The notes under the pieces are model-generated. The model had not been told where the DNA came from. It did no database searches and was given only the letters and a program-made list of their open reading frames with translations. A DNA stretch of 63,055 nt, filler included, from Octopus bimaculoides (taxonomy: Eukaryota): the NCBI RefSeq assembly GCF_001194135.2. It is 4 parts of 3 records of this genome, joined end to end, with 100 filler letters (N's around TTAATTAATTAA, not from the genome) between each part and the next. Parts side by side here need not be neighbours in the genome. Positions count along the whole stretch, not along the records: positions 45,867 to 61,528 come from NC_068987.1; positions 61,629 to 63,055 come from NW_026426663.1; 2 more parts are not named here. One strand, given 5' to 3'. Below, piece after piece: positions 51,093-63,055 of the stretch. The position numbers and the translations under genes were made by a program. How positions within the stretch are numbered: position 1 is the stretch's first letter; the number at the start of each line of letters is the position of its first letter.

Positions 51093-52169
51093 AAAGATGA
51101 ATAGAACATTTAACATGGCATAAAAAGCAAAATAAAGCAGACAAATGCTTTATTTGTTACTATTACGACAGTTTCCACAAAAATCATTATTGTGAAGTAA
51201 GCAAGGTGCAGTGAGGTATTCACCTTGCAGAGTTTAAATTTACAAATACGATTATGAAATAAGTTGCCCAACACTCAACTCATCAGTCTTCGCAAATAAA
51301 CAAGTGATTAATAACTTTTTTAAACAACAGCCGACGAACAAGTAAAATTTGAAATCAGAATTAGAATATCTGCGAAATGTTAGTTAGGTGGGAATAATAT
51401 TGTCAATCACAAGAGTGGATAGAAGAATGGAGTGATAATTTTTTTTTAATAGTTAAAAGGTGTTTTTATTCTTAAATATTCAGTAAACTTAACAACTTCG
51501 CTCATATATGATGTTACAGGCAAAGTAGGCTATTATACACGCAGATAGATAGCAGGCACCATGCATGTCGTTTGACTCTATCAAAGCACGACAATATGAA
51601 TCATGTAAACCGCTATTCCAGTTACCCTAGATACATAATAATAAAATGGGTCGCCTCTGAAATCTGATCTCTCAGGTTATGAAAATAATTTTTGGAGGAT
51701 TGTGAGTCCTACAATGAGGCACAAGAAAATTATCTTATACGTAGATCTGGAGGACCACTCAACGATAATGGAGTAAGACATCATAATATTAAGAGTCCTA
51801 ATTAAACATATACTAACAGCATTATCAAGAATATTAATAATAATGCAAGAAATATTAACAGCAGCAGCAACAAAAGCATCAACAACAACACCAGAAAGAA
51901 AAAACAACAATAATTATAGCCGCACAGAACAAAACTGTTAAACTTTTCAGCTACAGGATTCACTTGCGTTGTCTCGATAACCATAAAAATACCACATCTA
52001 ACAAAAGTGTGCTGATTTTATAGAATGTTTTAAAAGTCTACATATGACAGAAAATAATAAAACATTGCTTGACTGTAATGTTTATGCAAATTTATTTTGT
52101 TCACACAAAGAATATCGTTATTGTGAGTAAAATTATGTGCAAGTAGTTAAGGTAAAAATTTAAGCTCAT

Positions 52170-53215
52170 AGCTTGCCTGGAGTGTTGAGACCGGACAATT
52201 TCCAGCAATAGTCAGCCATCATATCTATATTCCATCTACTCTGATGCCATTCCTACTTGAGCTCCATCGCAGAGGTGGGTGATTATTTTTTTTTAATGTC
52301 AACAAGTGGCTCATGTAGAATATTTGGTTCACCAGATTTGAGGTTAGATCCTGGAGGCTTGTTCCTCTCCATTCAATGCTACTCACGACCTTTATTGTTT
52401 CTCATTCTGAGAAAGCAGTGATACCTGTATATCTGCATTACTGACCAAGAAGGAAGCATACCATTTTAAGATCAATATAGATTATCCAATTGTGTTTGTG
52501 ATGTTGCAACAGCTAACTGACACTGTCTCCATGAAGACATTCTAAATGTCGAGTTCAGGATTGCACCATATAAATTCCCATTGTGGACGAGGACATACTT
52601 TAATCTTCGCTTGGAGCTATCAATGAATAGGTACCATTCAGTACTTCGAAAGTACTGCAGAAATGCACTTTCTTTAAATTGAAAGCCAGATATCTTCGCT
52701 ACATTTCCAAATCGGTGTTTCACATTAAATCTTGATGCTATGAGTTCTGATGCTTTATTTAATCGGCCTAAATCTGGTACCACATCATTCAACTCGTACT
52801 GATCGAAGCCCTTTCAAGGTGAGTCGTCTTCAGTTTCAAAATCTGCATCCTTTCTGCCACTGAGTTCTTCATCACGCTCCACATTTTCAATACTGAGTCG
52901 TTGAATGAAAAGTAACCCTGGAATTCGAAATGGATGGGGCACAGGATGTATACCTGATGGTAAAGGAGGAGATTTGATTTTAAATTATTTTTCTTATTAT
53001 ATCCTGAAGTTTTCACTAAACAAATGTAACAGTCTATGCAATGATCTGTTGGTTAAATTATCACGGGCTTCCTTGATCCACATCAGTAACCACACGACAC
53101 ACTGCTTGCACAGCTTGTGATGGGTCTAAGATTTTGACTGGATCACCAGCGTTTAATATAATATGCTAAATAAGTTGTCTTCATAAATACACCACTGTTT
53201 ACTCTTTAACTAGGT
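52170..53215 (-). mobile_element. DNA transposase fossil, probably Chapaev3/CMC-type, internally deleted
   Basis: DQSKS*THHKLCKQC, PTDHCIDCYICLV, LPSGIHPVPH, NDVVPDLG..SELIASR, LFIDSSKRRLKYVLVHNGN, KMVCFLLGQ, EPNILHEPLVD, MMADYCW. The superfamily name comes from recalled motifs. Confidence 0.75.
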
Positions 53216-54639
53216 ATGGTGAAACAGCCATGGATATAGCAAAATGAATAATAGATATTTAGGCACTTACAATGAGAAGCATCAGAAGGGGGCATGATCT
53301 GAAAGAAAGGAAATGGGTATGGGAGTAAAAATGAAGTTCAACAATAAAAAAAGAAAAGTAATTACATAAGATCTTCTAACTCCTTGCATGCAATTTTTTA
53401 TGTATTATTTACAGAATATAATAGTAATCAACTATATAGAGTAGCCACAGGGGTCTGTAACCACTTTCCAGCAGAAATGCATATGGATATGCATCCAAAA
53501 ATGAATATGCATACATATACATTCATGCAAATACACCATACATACATATACGTTGACACAAATACTCCATGAACAAAGAATAGGGTAGAAACATAGATCT
53601 TAAACTGCAGGACAAAATGCCTCCACACTTTAATCCAACACTTCCCTCATTTCAAAGCCTTGTTATTGTTCTTCCACTGCTGGATTCAGTTCCCTCGCCG
53701 CATTACATTGAATTCTTTTTACTGCAGTGCATGTCCCTCCCAGTCATGTAATTTTCAGCATCTTATCACTAAGTTCAGCTGCAGGCCTCCATCTTAAAGA
53801 CTGAAGTCCAGCTGAGGCATCTTATTGGTCATTAATTGTGACAATATTGGTGAGGGAGATTTGAAACTGACTAGTCCAATTACTTAAGGAAAACAAAACA
53901 ATTGTACTTCTTCAGAGATAGACTGTAAAAAAAAAAAGACAAAAATATCTCGGTGTGATAGAAGAGAACTGGCTGTAGATTTGAAATCAGTTTGTCAGTT
54001 TAACTATACAGTGAAAAATCGAACTCAATGGAAATTATGTGCAAAATTGTTCACCAGTGTAATGCATATACATATACTTATATGTGTGTATGCATGTATA
54101 TACATGTGTATGAATGTATGTATGTATGTCATTCATTATTCAGTTTACTTCAAAATGTCTTGCCAATAGAGAAAGTATCGGTTTGTAACCTTAATCCAAG
54201 GCGTCTTCATTGGAATTTCAACATCAACAACAGGGTCTTTTTGCATGAGGCATTGATACACAGTTAATGCCCTTTATATATAATTAAATATATCTNNNNN
54301 NNNNNNNNNNNNNNNNNNNNNNNNNNNNNNNNNNNNNNNNNNNNNNNNNNNNNNNNNNNNNNNNNNNNNNNNNNNNNNNNNNNNNNNNNNNNNNNNNNNN
54401 NNNNNNNNNNNNNNNNNNNNNNNNNNNNNNNNNNNNNNNNNNNNNNNNNNNNNNNNNNNNNNNNNNNNNNNNNNNNTGTTTGCATGTATGTATGTAAGTA
54501 TGTATGTATGTATGTTTGTATGTATGTTTGTATGTATGTATGTATGTATGTATGTATGTATGTGCAGATTTGTATGTTTTATGTGTCTATTTTCATGCAT
54601 ATAGTTGCATATCTAGACATGGTCATATATACTTAAATG

Positions 54640-55170
54640 ATAAACTTCTGGAAAGTTTTAAAGATTTTTACAGTTCCAATGATGGATTGTATGTGTAGTT
54701 TACGAATTAGCTTTTTCCTTTCTGGTTTTGAGAAGCTTAATTTCTCAAGATTGGTATTTAGGCAGTGTGATACATATCCCAGGATCCCAATAATTACAGG
54801 TATAAACCTAAACTTGTAATATGGATAGAGTAACTGTAAATTTCTCAATAGTTCAGCATAGGTTTTCTCTTTTTCATTGATGTTCAAATTTATGTAAACA
54901 TCTGTTAGGCAGCTAATTGCCACCAATTTACACAGTCTATCTTCTCTATCACGTCATTATATCAGGTCTGTTGTGCTTCCATTTTATTGAGGTCTTCACC
55001 GGTACATTCCACCATTATTCCTTTTTTATTATAAGTGGCTATGGCTTCTACCATATTGTGGGTTCTTATTTCTTCGTCATCTGGATTATCCTTCCAACGG
55101 ATTTTATTATAGATTGTCCTAACTACAATTTCATGTCTCATAAGTAGATAATACATTGGTGGCATTTTCG
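54640..55170 (-). mobile_element. R4/R2-group non-LTR 3' fragment (restriction-like endonuclease)
   Basis: MRHEIVVRTIY..WWNVPVKT..HNRPDI..VAISCLTD..EKEKTYAEL..FIPVIIGILG..SIIGTVKIFKTF. Confidence 0.8.
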
Positions 55171-55252
55171 GACAACTGCTTATGATGTGAGTGATATATA
55201 TGTATATATGTATTGATAGATGAATGTTTATATATGTGTATATGTATATTTA

Positions 55253-55510
55253 GGCGCAATGGCCCAGTGGTTAGGACAGCGGACTCGCGGTTTGTAGACC
55301 GGACGTTGTGTGTGTTTATTGAGCGAAAACACTTAAAGCTCCACGAGGCTCCGGCTGTGGGTAGTGGAGACTCCTGTTGTACTCTTTTGCTCCAACTTTC
55401 TCTCACTCTTTCTTCCTGTTTCTTGAGAAAAAAGCTGCGATGCACTGGCGTCCAGTCCAGCTTGGGGGGGGGTATGCGTACGCCATGGAAACCGGAAAAC
55501 CGGTCCTATG
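55253..55510 (+). mobile_element. tRNA-derived SINE family E
   Basis: ggcgcaatggcccagtggttaggacagcggactcgcgg head (A box); B box region deleted; body gagcgaaaacacttaaagctccacgaggctcc. Confidence 0.7.
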
Positions 55511-56959
55511 CTTCTTAAGGGGCTAAGGAAATTTCCAAACACACACACACACACACATACACACACACACGCACGCACGCACACANNNNNNNNNNNNNNN
55601 NNNNNNNNNNNNNNNNNNNNNNNNNNNNNNNNNNNNNNNNNNNNNNNNNNNNNNNNNNNNNNNNNNNNNNNNNNNNNNNNNNNNNNNNNNNNNNNNNNNN
55701 NNNNNNNNNNNNNNNNNNNNNNNNNNNNNNNNNNNNNNNNNNNNNNNNNNNNNNNNNNNNNNNNNNNNNNNNNNNNNNNNNNNNNNNNNNNNNNNNNNNN
55801 NNNNNNNNNNNNNNNNNNNNNNNNNNNNNNNNNNNNNNNNNNNNNNNNNNNNNNNNNNNNNNNNNNNNNNNNNNNNNNNNNNNNNNNNNNNNNNNNNNNN
55901 NNNNNNNNNNNNNNNNNNNNNNNNNNNNNNNNNNNNNNNNNNNNNNNNNNNNNNNNNNNNNNNNNNNNNNNNNNNNNNNNNNNNNNNNNNNNNNNNNNNN
56001 NNNNNNNNNNNNNNNNNNNNNNNNNNNNNNNNNNNNNNNNNNNNNNNNNNNNNNNNNNNNNNNNNNNNNNTTGCTTGTATTTAGGGATTGTCATGTTGCC
56101 AGTTTAGCCAATGAAAATACACGCGCTATATATTTGGTGTTCATTTGCTTGAGCTTTATTTTAAACCAACTGTATTTCGGCCAGAGAAGGACCTGTCCGG
56201 AAAAAAATGTATATAAAAATTGACTGAAATAAGTGATTAAAATGAATTATTAAAACATATCAATCGGATAAAAAAATTTACCCATCGATTAAAAATATAG
56301 CAAAATTGTCACTTCTTAAAAATGAAGCAATCCATTATAAGTCCTGTATCCAAGGAGCAGAAGAGAGTTCCCCAAAAGTATTTGTCAAAATCCACATCTA
56401 TGGCCATTTCGAGAGTTCATTGCCAATTGCATGTTAAAGCGTATGTAGGTATTGAACCCTTCATCAGGATAAATAGAATTCTCTACGAATTTCACAATCA
56501 AGTAGTTCACAGAGATCACACACTGACACACATACACACACACATATATATATATATACTGCTGTATCTGGGGAGAATCATTCTCTTTTACTGCCTTATA
56601 ATTTAACACCCTAACTGGTAAAATTTCCACTTCTTTCTTTTTTTTCGAATACATTATAAGGCGCTAAAAGAGAATGACTCTCCTCAGACACAACAGAATA
56701 TGTTTCAACACACGAACTCACATAAAGAATTATGTAAATCAAATCTAAAATATGCATGTGTACGTAATGTATGCGGACATATATCGGCATGTTATCTTTT
56801 CTTACCTCTACGTGTAACAATACCAAGAGAAACAGAATACTAACGTGCGAGAAAGCGAGAAACGGAAACAGTAATATTGATCGTAGGATATGAAATGAGT
56901 GAGGTGAATAAATTTTCAAAGAATAAAACGAAAAAGAATTACTAATAGAATTTCTCATC

Positions 56960-57620
56960 ACTACTTTCCCTGAGGAAAATATATAAGTTCAGTCAGTCCA
57001 GTGTATTACACATGTTAATTATTTTGCATTCCAGGTGAAATGCCAACTGCATTGAAGTTAACTTTTAATCATCTGGTGTACGGAAATATTATGGAAATCT
57101 GTAAAAAACAGATATATCGGTATTTAGGATAATCACCATATTTGAAAAATGCCTGAACAATATGAACAGCAGCGAAGTGGCGTCCTCATTTGCATTCATG
57201 CTGGGGACACTTGCGACTTCAGATACCTGATGAATAGAAGTTGCAAGACACGGATTTTGATATCTATTATCAATGTTGACAAGATGTAGATATATGTACC
57301 ATGTGCAGAAGACGCTTTCACCTTCAACTGTTTGGTTTTGTGCAGGGTATTGATTGGGTTGCTTCTAGTATACTCTACTAACCTCTTCACTTTATTCTAC
57401 TGACAATATGTCAAACTCTTATCCAGCCACGCAGGTATATCTCTTTGCTTTAGATTTGTATAAAATAAATATTTGGATTCTGAAGGGCGACATTTCTTTG
57501 ACATTGGTAAACTTTGCTTAGATCAATTTTATGAAAACATGTATTTATCTGTTTGGTCGTACATAACTCCTGAATTGATTTACATGAGGATTCAATTCTG
57601 TGTACTGGTAGAGATGGTGA
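56960..57620 (-). mobile_element. Possible Academ-type transposase (XPG-like domain) fossil
   Basis: VSEVASVPSMNANEDATSLLFILFRHFSNMVIILNTDISVF loosely matches the HEEADTRLxLH..VVIxSxDTDV motif; highly degraded. Confidence 0.35.
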
Positions 57621-58373
57621 TACTTTTTTGATGTGTGCGTGTGCGTTTTCATATTGGTAGTGATGGGTGTATATACATTTGTTTATCAAGTAATGTAAGG
57701 ATCTTCGAAGAAATTGGATTCTTACAGAACAACAGAATATACTTGAAAGTCCTTATCCCAATAACTGATATAACATAATTCAAACTACATTTCTTACAAA
57801 AGGAAATATCTAAATACGAAGTGACCCATCTTCTTTCAGAAACGTTAGGTTCTATCTATCCAGGAAATAATGCAACAGGGTTATAAACAGATGATTATAG
57901 TTTTCTATATAACATCTATAATTAAAAAAGATAATTAATTAAAACTTATTAAAATTACTGACTTTTATCGGTGTCATGGTTCAATCACATTTATGAAGAA
58001 AACAATAATTATTGATCATTCTTAGTGCATATGCACGTAACAATATCATTCGCGAGATGGCAGTTTATATTTTAGAATACACTTGAGAAAACGATAAAGG
58101 AATAGTGTAAAATAGACTTCTACACGACTACTATAACTAACCTAACAACAATAACATGAACGTGCAGTTAGTTTTATTATAGTTCCGATGTCACACCAGA
58201 TTCTGTCAAATGAGTACATAGTGTAATATATGTATCAATTAATATTTTACATTCTCATCCTCGACCGTCATTTGAATACACGTCGATGTAACGCAGAAAG
58301 TTGGTGTATGTATGTGTATGCGCGTGCGTAGAGTGAGTGCGTAAGAATGAATATATAAAAAAAACACACACAC

Positions 58374-58418
<45 letters not shown>

Positions 58419-60759
58419 NNNNNNNNNNNNNNNNNNNNNNNNNNNNNNNNNNNNNNNNNNNNNNNNNNNNNNNNNNNNNNNNNNNNNNNNNNNNNNNNNN
58501 NNNNNNNNNNNNNNNNNNNNNNNNNNNNNNNNNNNNNNNNNNNNNNNNNNNNNNNNNNNNNNNNNNNNNNNNNNNNNNNNNNNNNNNNNNNNNNNNTATA
58601 TATATATATATATATATACATACAGTTTATATATTAGAGACAGGCCTTCTCTGTATGGAATACACTGCGTAGTGCTCAAGAGATGTGAACTTGAGCAGGC
58701 AGAGGAGTAAATGTAAAGACAAGCAAGTGAAGCAGGTCAATATACCAAAAAATATTAAATACATTTAATATATCTCTCTCTTTCTCTCTCTCTTTGTCTC
58801 TTTGTCTCTTTCTCTCTCGCTTTGTCTCTTTGTCTCTCTCTCTCTCTCTCTCTCTTTCTTCTCTGTGTACACAGACATGCGCGCGCACAAAGGATATGTG
58901 TATCTTCCTAAGAATGTCAAAAAAGTAACTACACCTAATGCCCGAGTACCAAAAGAGCTGCATTTTTGCACCAAAAATGGCCTTTGAATATGATAGCAAG
59001 TACTTTCTTTCATATCTGTGTATATGCACTAATGTGATGAGATCATCTATATGCAGTGTAAAGGAGACCAGTTTGTGAAAATGAATGTTTTGCAACAGTT
59101 TATGCAGGTTGTTCATGATTTCACATTATTTATACATTCAATATATCATATTTTGTATTATTTCTATATGTGTAGACCTCTTCTCCATTCTGTGCGTCTG
59201 CAGTGTAGACGAACAGCGTTCTTGAGAGAAATTCTATTGCAATATTTATTGAATTGATGTATACATTATTTAGTTTCAATTGAAATGACTTACACACATA
59301 GAAAGATATACACACACGCGCAGAAAGAAAAACATCCGCAGACAGACAGATACCTACCGCTCACTATGATGTCAAGAGAAAAAGAAATATGTTCTAAAAG
59401 TATGCAATGATATTATATATAACATATGTTTAGATGAAATAAAATCTATATCCTCTATTCTTAAAAGAGATTTTTGTCAAATTTCTAAGTCCATTATGAC
59501 CTTTTATATATATATAAAAAAAGAAGAAAACACCCTTTAATGATATTTATTTCTGAGTCCATTTAAAATAACAAATTAATCTCATCTCCACAAAGTTATG
59601 TTTATGTTACAGCACTTGTTTGATTACTAAGTTCAAAGAAATGTTGAAGCGACATCTCCTTAGATCCAGTGAAATCGAGAATAAAGATATTTAATAAAAT
59701 TAGATAAATGTGGAAAATATATAAATAGATAAAAGTCTTAAATCGAAGATTTTTATCCCTGAGGTAAACAGTCCTAAATTTTCAACTCTTATCATCACTT
59801 TATTTCAAGAAACTTCTAAAGACTCTTGAATATCGTGTTTTGATATTTTCATGACGAGAATGAAATCAATATGAAAGAAACAATACGTATAAACATCAGA
59901 TACTCTAAATATCTTAAATATTTCCTTACACTTATCTGTACGTACTAAGTGATCTTTCAGTCGGGGTGCTTTTTGTTAGGAATAATTTCTCTTCTTTGGT
60001 TAGAGCAAAATATGAATAATTCGTTTGTACATTACTTATCAAAATCAAACACACATACATACAGACAAAAGCAGACGAATCCAGACACGTTCACTCTCAT
60101 ACACACATACAAACACGTACGCGCCTACACATGCATAGATTCATAAACACGCATACACGGAATACGCCCACTTTCTTCAATAATGAATCTATAGGTAATT
60201 GCTGATTTTGCACTATTTATTAATTACCGCCTGAACACATACGTTATGTCATAAACAAATACATACCAGTATACATACATACATAGATACATATATACAC
60301 ACACATGCACACACACAAATACATACGCACATACATACATACATACATGCATACAGACAGACAGACAGACAGACAGACAGTCAGACAGACAAATAATTTA
60401 TCCAGTAGGTTATCATTTAAGTATATATGAGCATGTCTAGGCATGCAATTACATGCATGAGAATACATACCTATGCACATATACACATACACAAACAAAA
60501 GTGCACTGTTGGTGTTGTTGAAATTCCATGGAAAGAGCCTTGCTCCTAGGTTAGAAACCGGCTCTTTCACCATTGGCAAAAAATGTTGAAATAAAATGAA
60601 TAATGATATACATACGTACGTACATACATACATACTTATACACATACATACATACATACATACATACATACACACAAACACACACACGCATACAGAGATG
60701 CATTCATATACACCTCAATGATGGATTATCGCACAACAATGCTATGATAGTATTCTGAC

Positions 60760-61140
60760 TGCCACAATCCGTACCTTAAAGAGACTGGTAACAACACGGT
60801 CGAGAGCGATAGCGGTAACAACTGGAACTAACATTGTAGTAGGAAAAGCGATTAGTCTATCAAGAGGAATATTTCACTGTGACAGCTTATCTGAAATGCT
60901 TTTCCTCCTAGCAGTGAAGCCCTTGTTAGCCCTGTTAAGGAAATACAAAGACTACACGATACGATCTGCAGATGAAAGAATAATTAATGTCATTGACACA
61001 TTTGTGGATGGCCTTAAGCGGTAATCGATTGATATCCACGAGGCCAAGAAACAAGTAGAACTGGCCGCAGTATTATCTCGAGACTGAGGAATGGATATTG
61101 GTCAGGAAAAGTGTTCATATTTGTAATGAAGCGAGAAAGC
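60760..61140 (+). mobile_element. R4-like reverse transcriptase fragment
   Basis: ISLSRGIFHCDSLSEMLFLLAVKPL..TFVDGLKR..LSRD*GMDIGQEKC, matching RGIFQGDSLSPLLF, FVDDLK and FSxDIGMxFGxxKC. Confidence 0.85.
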
Positions 61141-61416
61141 GCTGTTGATCAGGTAAGGTTAACAGTAGCCTGTCCTTCTATCCTATCACCAGTGGTGAAT
61201 ATTACAAATATCTCTGAATAGACTAGAATAATGCATTTATCGGTACTGTGAGTTAAGCTAGAAGAATTAAAAGATATTTTTCAGCAAACTTCAGGTGGTA
61301 CAGAAGTCAGAAAGGTCTGCATTCAATAAAACCATCACCGCTTCTTTCACTCTTTCTCTCTATCACTTACATCATCTCTCTCTCTTTCTCACTATCTCTT
61401 TCTTCCCCTCTCTTTC

Positions 61417-61452
<36 letters not shown>

Positions 61453-61705
61453 TCTCTCTCTTACACACACACAAACATCGGCTATATTCTTGCGTACATG
61501 TCCATTCGTTCATATTAACACGCCACATNNNNNNNNNNNNNNNNNNNNNNNNNNNNNNNNNNNNNNNNNNNNTTAATTAATTAANNNNNNNNNNNNNNNN
61601 NNNNNNNNNNNNNNNNNNNNNNNNNNNNTATATATATACACACATACATATATATATACATATATATATATACACACATACATTTATATACACATATATT
61701 TATAT

Positions 61706-62047
61706 TGCTAGAATAAAAACAGGATGGGCAAGATTCAGAGAGTTACTACCTTTATTGGTAATTAAGGGCCTCTCCCTCAGAGTAAAAGGCAGATTGTATG
61801 ATGTACAGCTATGCTACATGGCAGTGAAACATGGGTTTTAACTACAGACGACCTGAGAAGGTTTGAAAGAAATGAAGCCAGCATGTTTTGCTGGATGGAT
61901 AATGTCAGTGTGCACACATACAACAGAGTGTAATTGATTTAAGAGGAAAACCAGGTTTTAGAGGCAATCTGCTGTGAGTGCAACAGAGGAGACTGTGTTG
62001 GTTTGGTGATGGAGAGTTACTCAAAGAAATGTCGATCTGTGAAGGGA
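61706..62047 (+). mobile_element. RTE LINE fragment
   Basis: RIKTGWARFRELLP..LSLRVKGRLY..MLHGSETWVLT..RNEASMFCWM..RRLCWFG. Confidence 0.85.
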
Positions 62048-62049
62048 AA

Positions 62050-62236
62050 CTGTGGAAGTTTCCCACCATCGCTTGACACCGATGTTAATATGTTTACATC
62101 ACCTTAACTTAATGGTTCTCCGTAACTTAGTGGTATAAGTACTAGGCATACAAAAAATAAGTCGATTGTTCGACTAAAGGCGGGGCTTCAGCATGGCCAC
62201 AGTCAAATGACTGAAACAAGGAAAAGAGTAAAAGAG

Positions 62237-62238
<2 letters not shown>
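62050..62238 (+). mobile_element. SINE family A 3' half
   Basis: ccaccatcgcttgacaccgatg...ttcagcatggccacagtcaaatgactgaaacaag. Confidence 0.85.
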
Positions 62239-62286
<48 letters not shown>

Positions 62287-62614
62287 TATATCTATATATA
62301 TATATATATATGTGTGTATGTGTGTGTGTGTGTGTGTGTGTGTATCTACATATAATGTTATTTAATTTTAAGACCAAAGGATCCAGGTGTAGGATGTTAG
62401 TAAGCTTAGAAACAGTCAGTGACAGGTAAAAAACTTTTAGGAAAATCATAGTTTATTGACATAAAGGGTTATATTGTTTTGCCATATCAAAGTTTGATAA
62501 GCTGAGAAAACTATAAAAATTGTAAATCCAGCGAGTTTACTAAAGTATCTTTGGTGTCATGTGTCGCTGGTGGAGTGCACCTCATTGAGTAAATATTAAT
62601 TCTGAGGTTCTGCT

Positions 62615-63053
62615 TGCTAGAAAGTATATGTAGCCTGGATTCTACATATGGAAAATAAGAAAGGGTCTAGCTCCAAATTTTGGAAACAAAATCTTCAACA
62701 ATCCCCAAACTAGACGGTACTGCACAGTACCAAATCCCCCATCTTCTCCATCGAGGATACGAATCCAATATTGTAATAGCTTGGGATTCACGGGAGCATA
62801 ACATTTTAATGCCCTACCACAGGACATCAGGGATCTGCAAAGTGTAGACATGGAAGTCTTCAAAAAATGTCGAGACAGTTTTTTATCTGCTATGCCAGAC
62901 GAACCCATATCATGGCAGGAGGCACAAAGAAAAGGGGCAACGTCCAAATCACTACTTCAGCAGAAGCAATACTGGAAAAATCCCTGGATGCAGTAAGGGG
63001 AGTGCACCAGCATGGCCTCAGCCTCTGGCTGAAATCCATAAAAGATAAAAGAT
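62615..63053 (+). mobile_element. CR1/L2-group LINE 3' end with (aaagat)-type tail
   Basis: WKIRKGLAPNF..RYCTVP..QYCNSLGF..FNALPQDIRDL..FKK..DSFLSAMPDEP; ends ataaaagataaaagata. Confidence 0.85.
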
Positions 63054-63055
63054 AT

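Noticed and set aside
57037-57130. Plus-strand exon-like EMPTALKLTFNH after a good acceptor
   Set aside because: There is no strong donor before a stop, and the region is better explained as the antisense of a transposase fossil.

Overview
Non-coding, repeat-dominated animal genomic DNA from a gapped short-read assembly. The SINE families, extreme microsatellite density and element types point to an octopus, probably Octopus bimaculoides (inference, no database check). No intact gene is present and most ORF-track entries are microsatellite or N-gap artefacts. Supportable content: fossil DNA transposons (Tc1 DD34E, mariner, Chapaev3-like, possible Academ, MITEs), fossil retroelements (four Penelope-like pieces, RTE, R4-like, CR1-like, Tx1-like, Gypsy gag), about five tRNA-derived SINE families, and one plausible 141-nt coding exon resembling a CABIT-domain motif. 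The main unexplained signal is a set of type I hammerhead-ribozyme folds in unrelated short repeats: one with a fully canonical core (8726-8811), several minimal or variant ones (1384-1700, 13061-13140, 37020-37057, 38207-38243) and decayed ones. Two sit at the centre of back-to-back inverted repeats, suggesting ribozyme-headed, Penelope-related non-autonomous retroelements. All folds and homologies were read by eye and are unverified.
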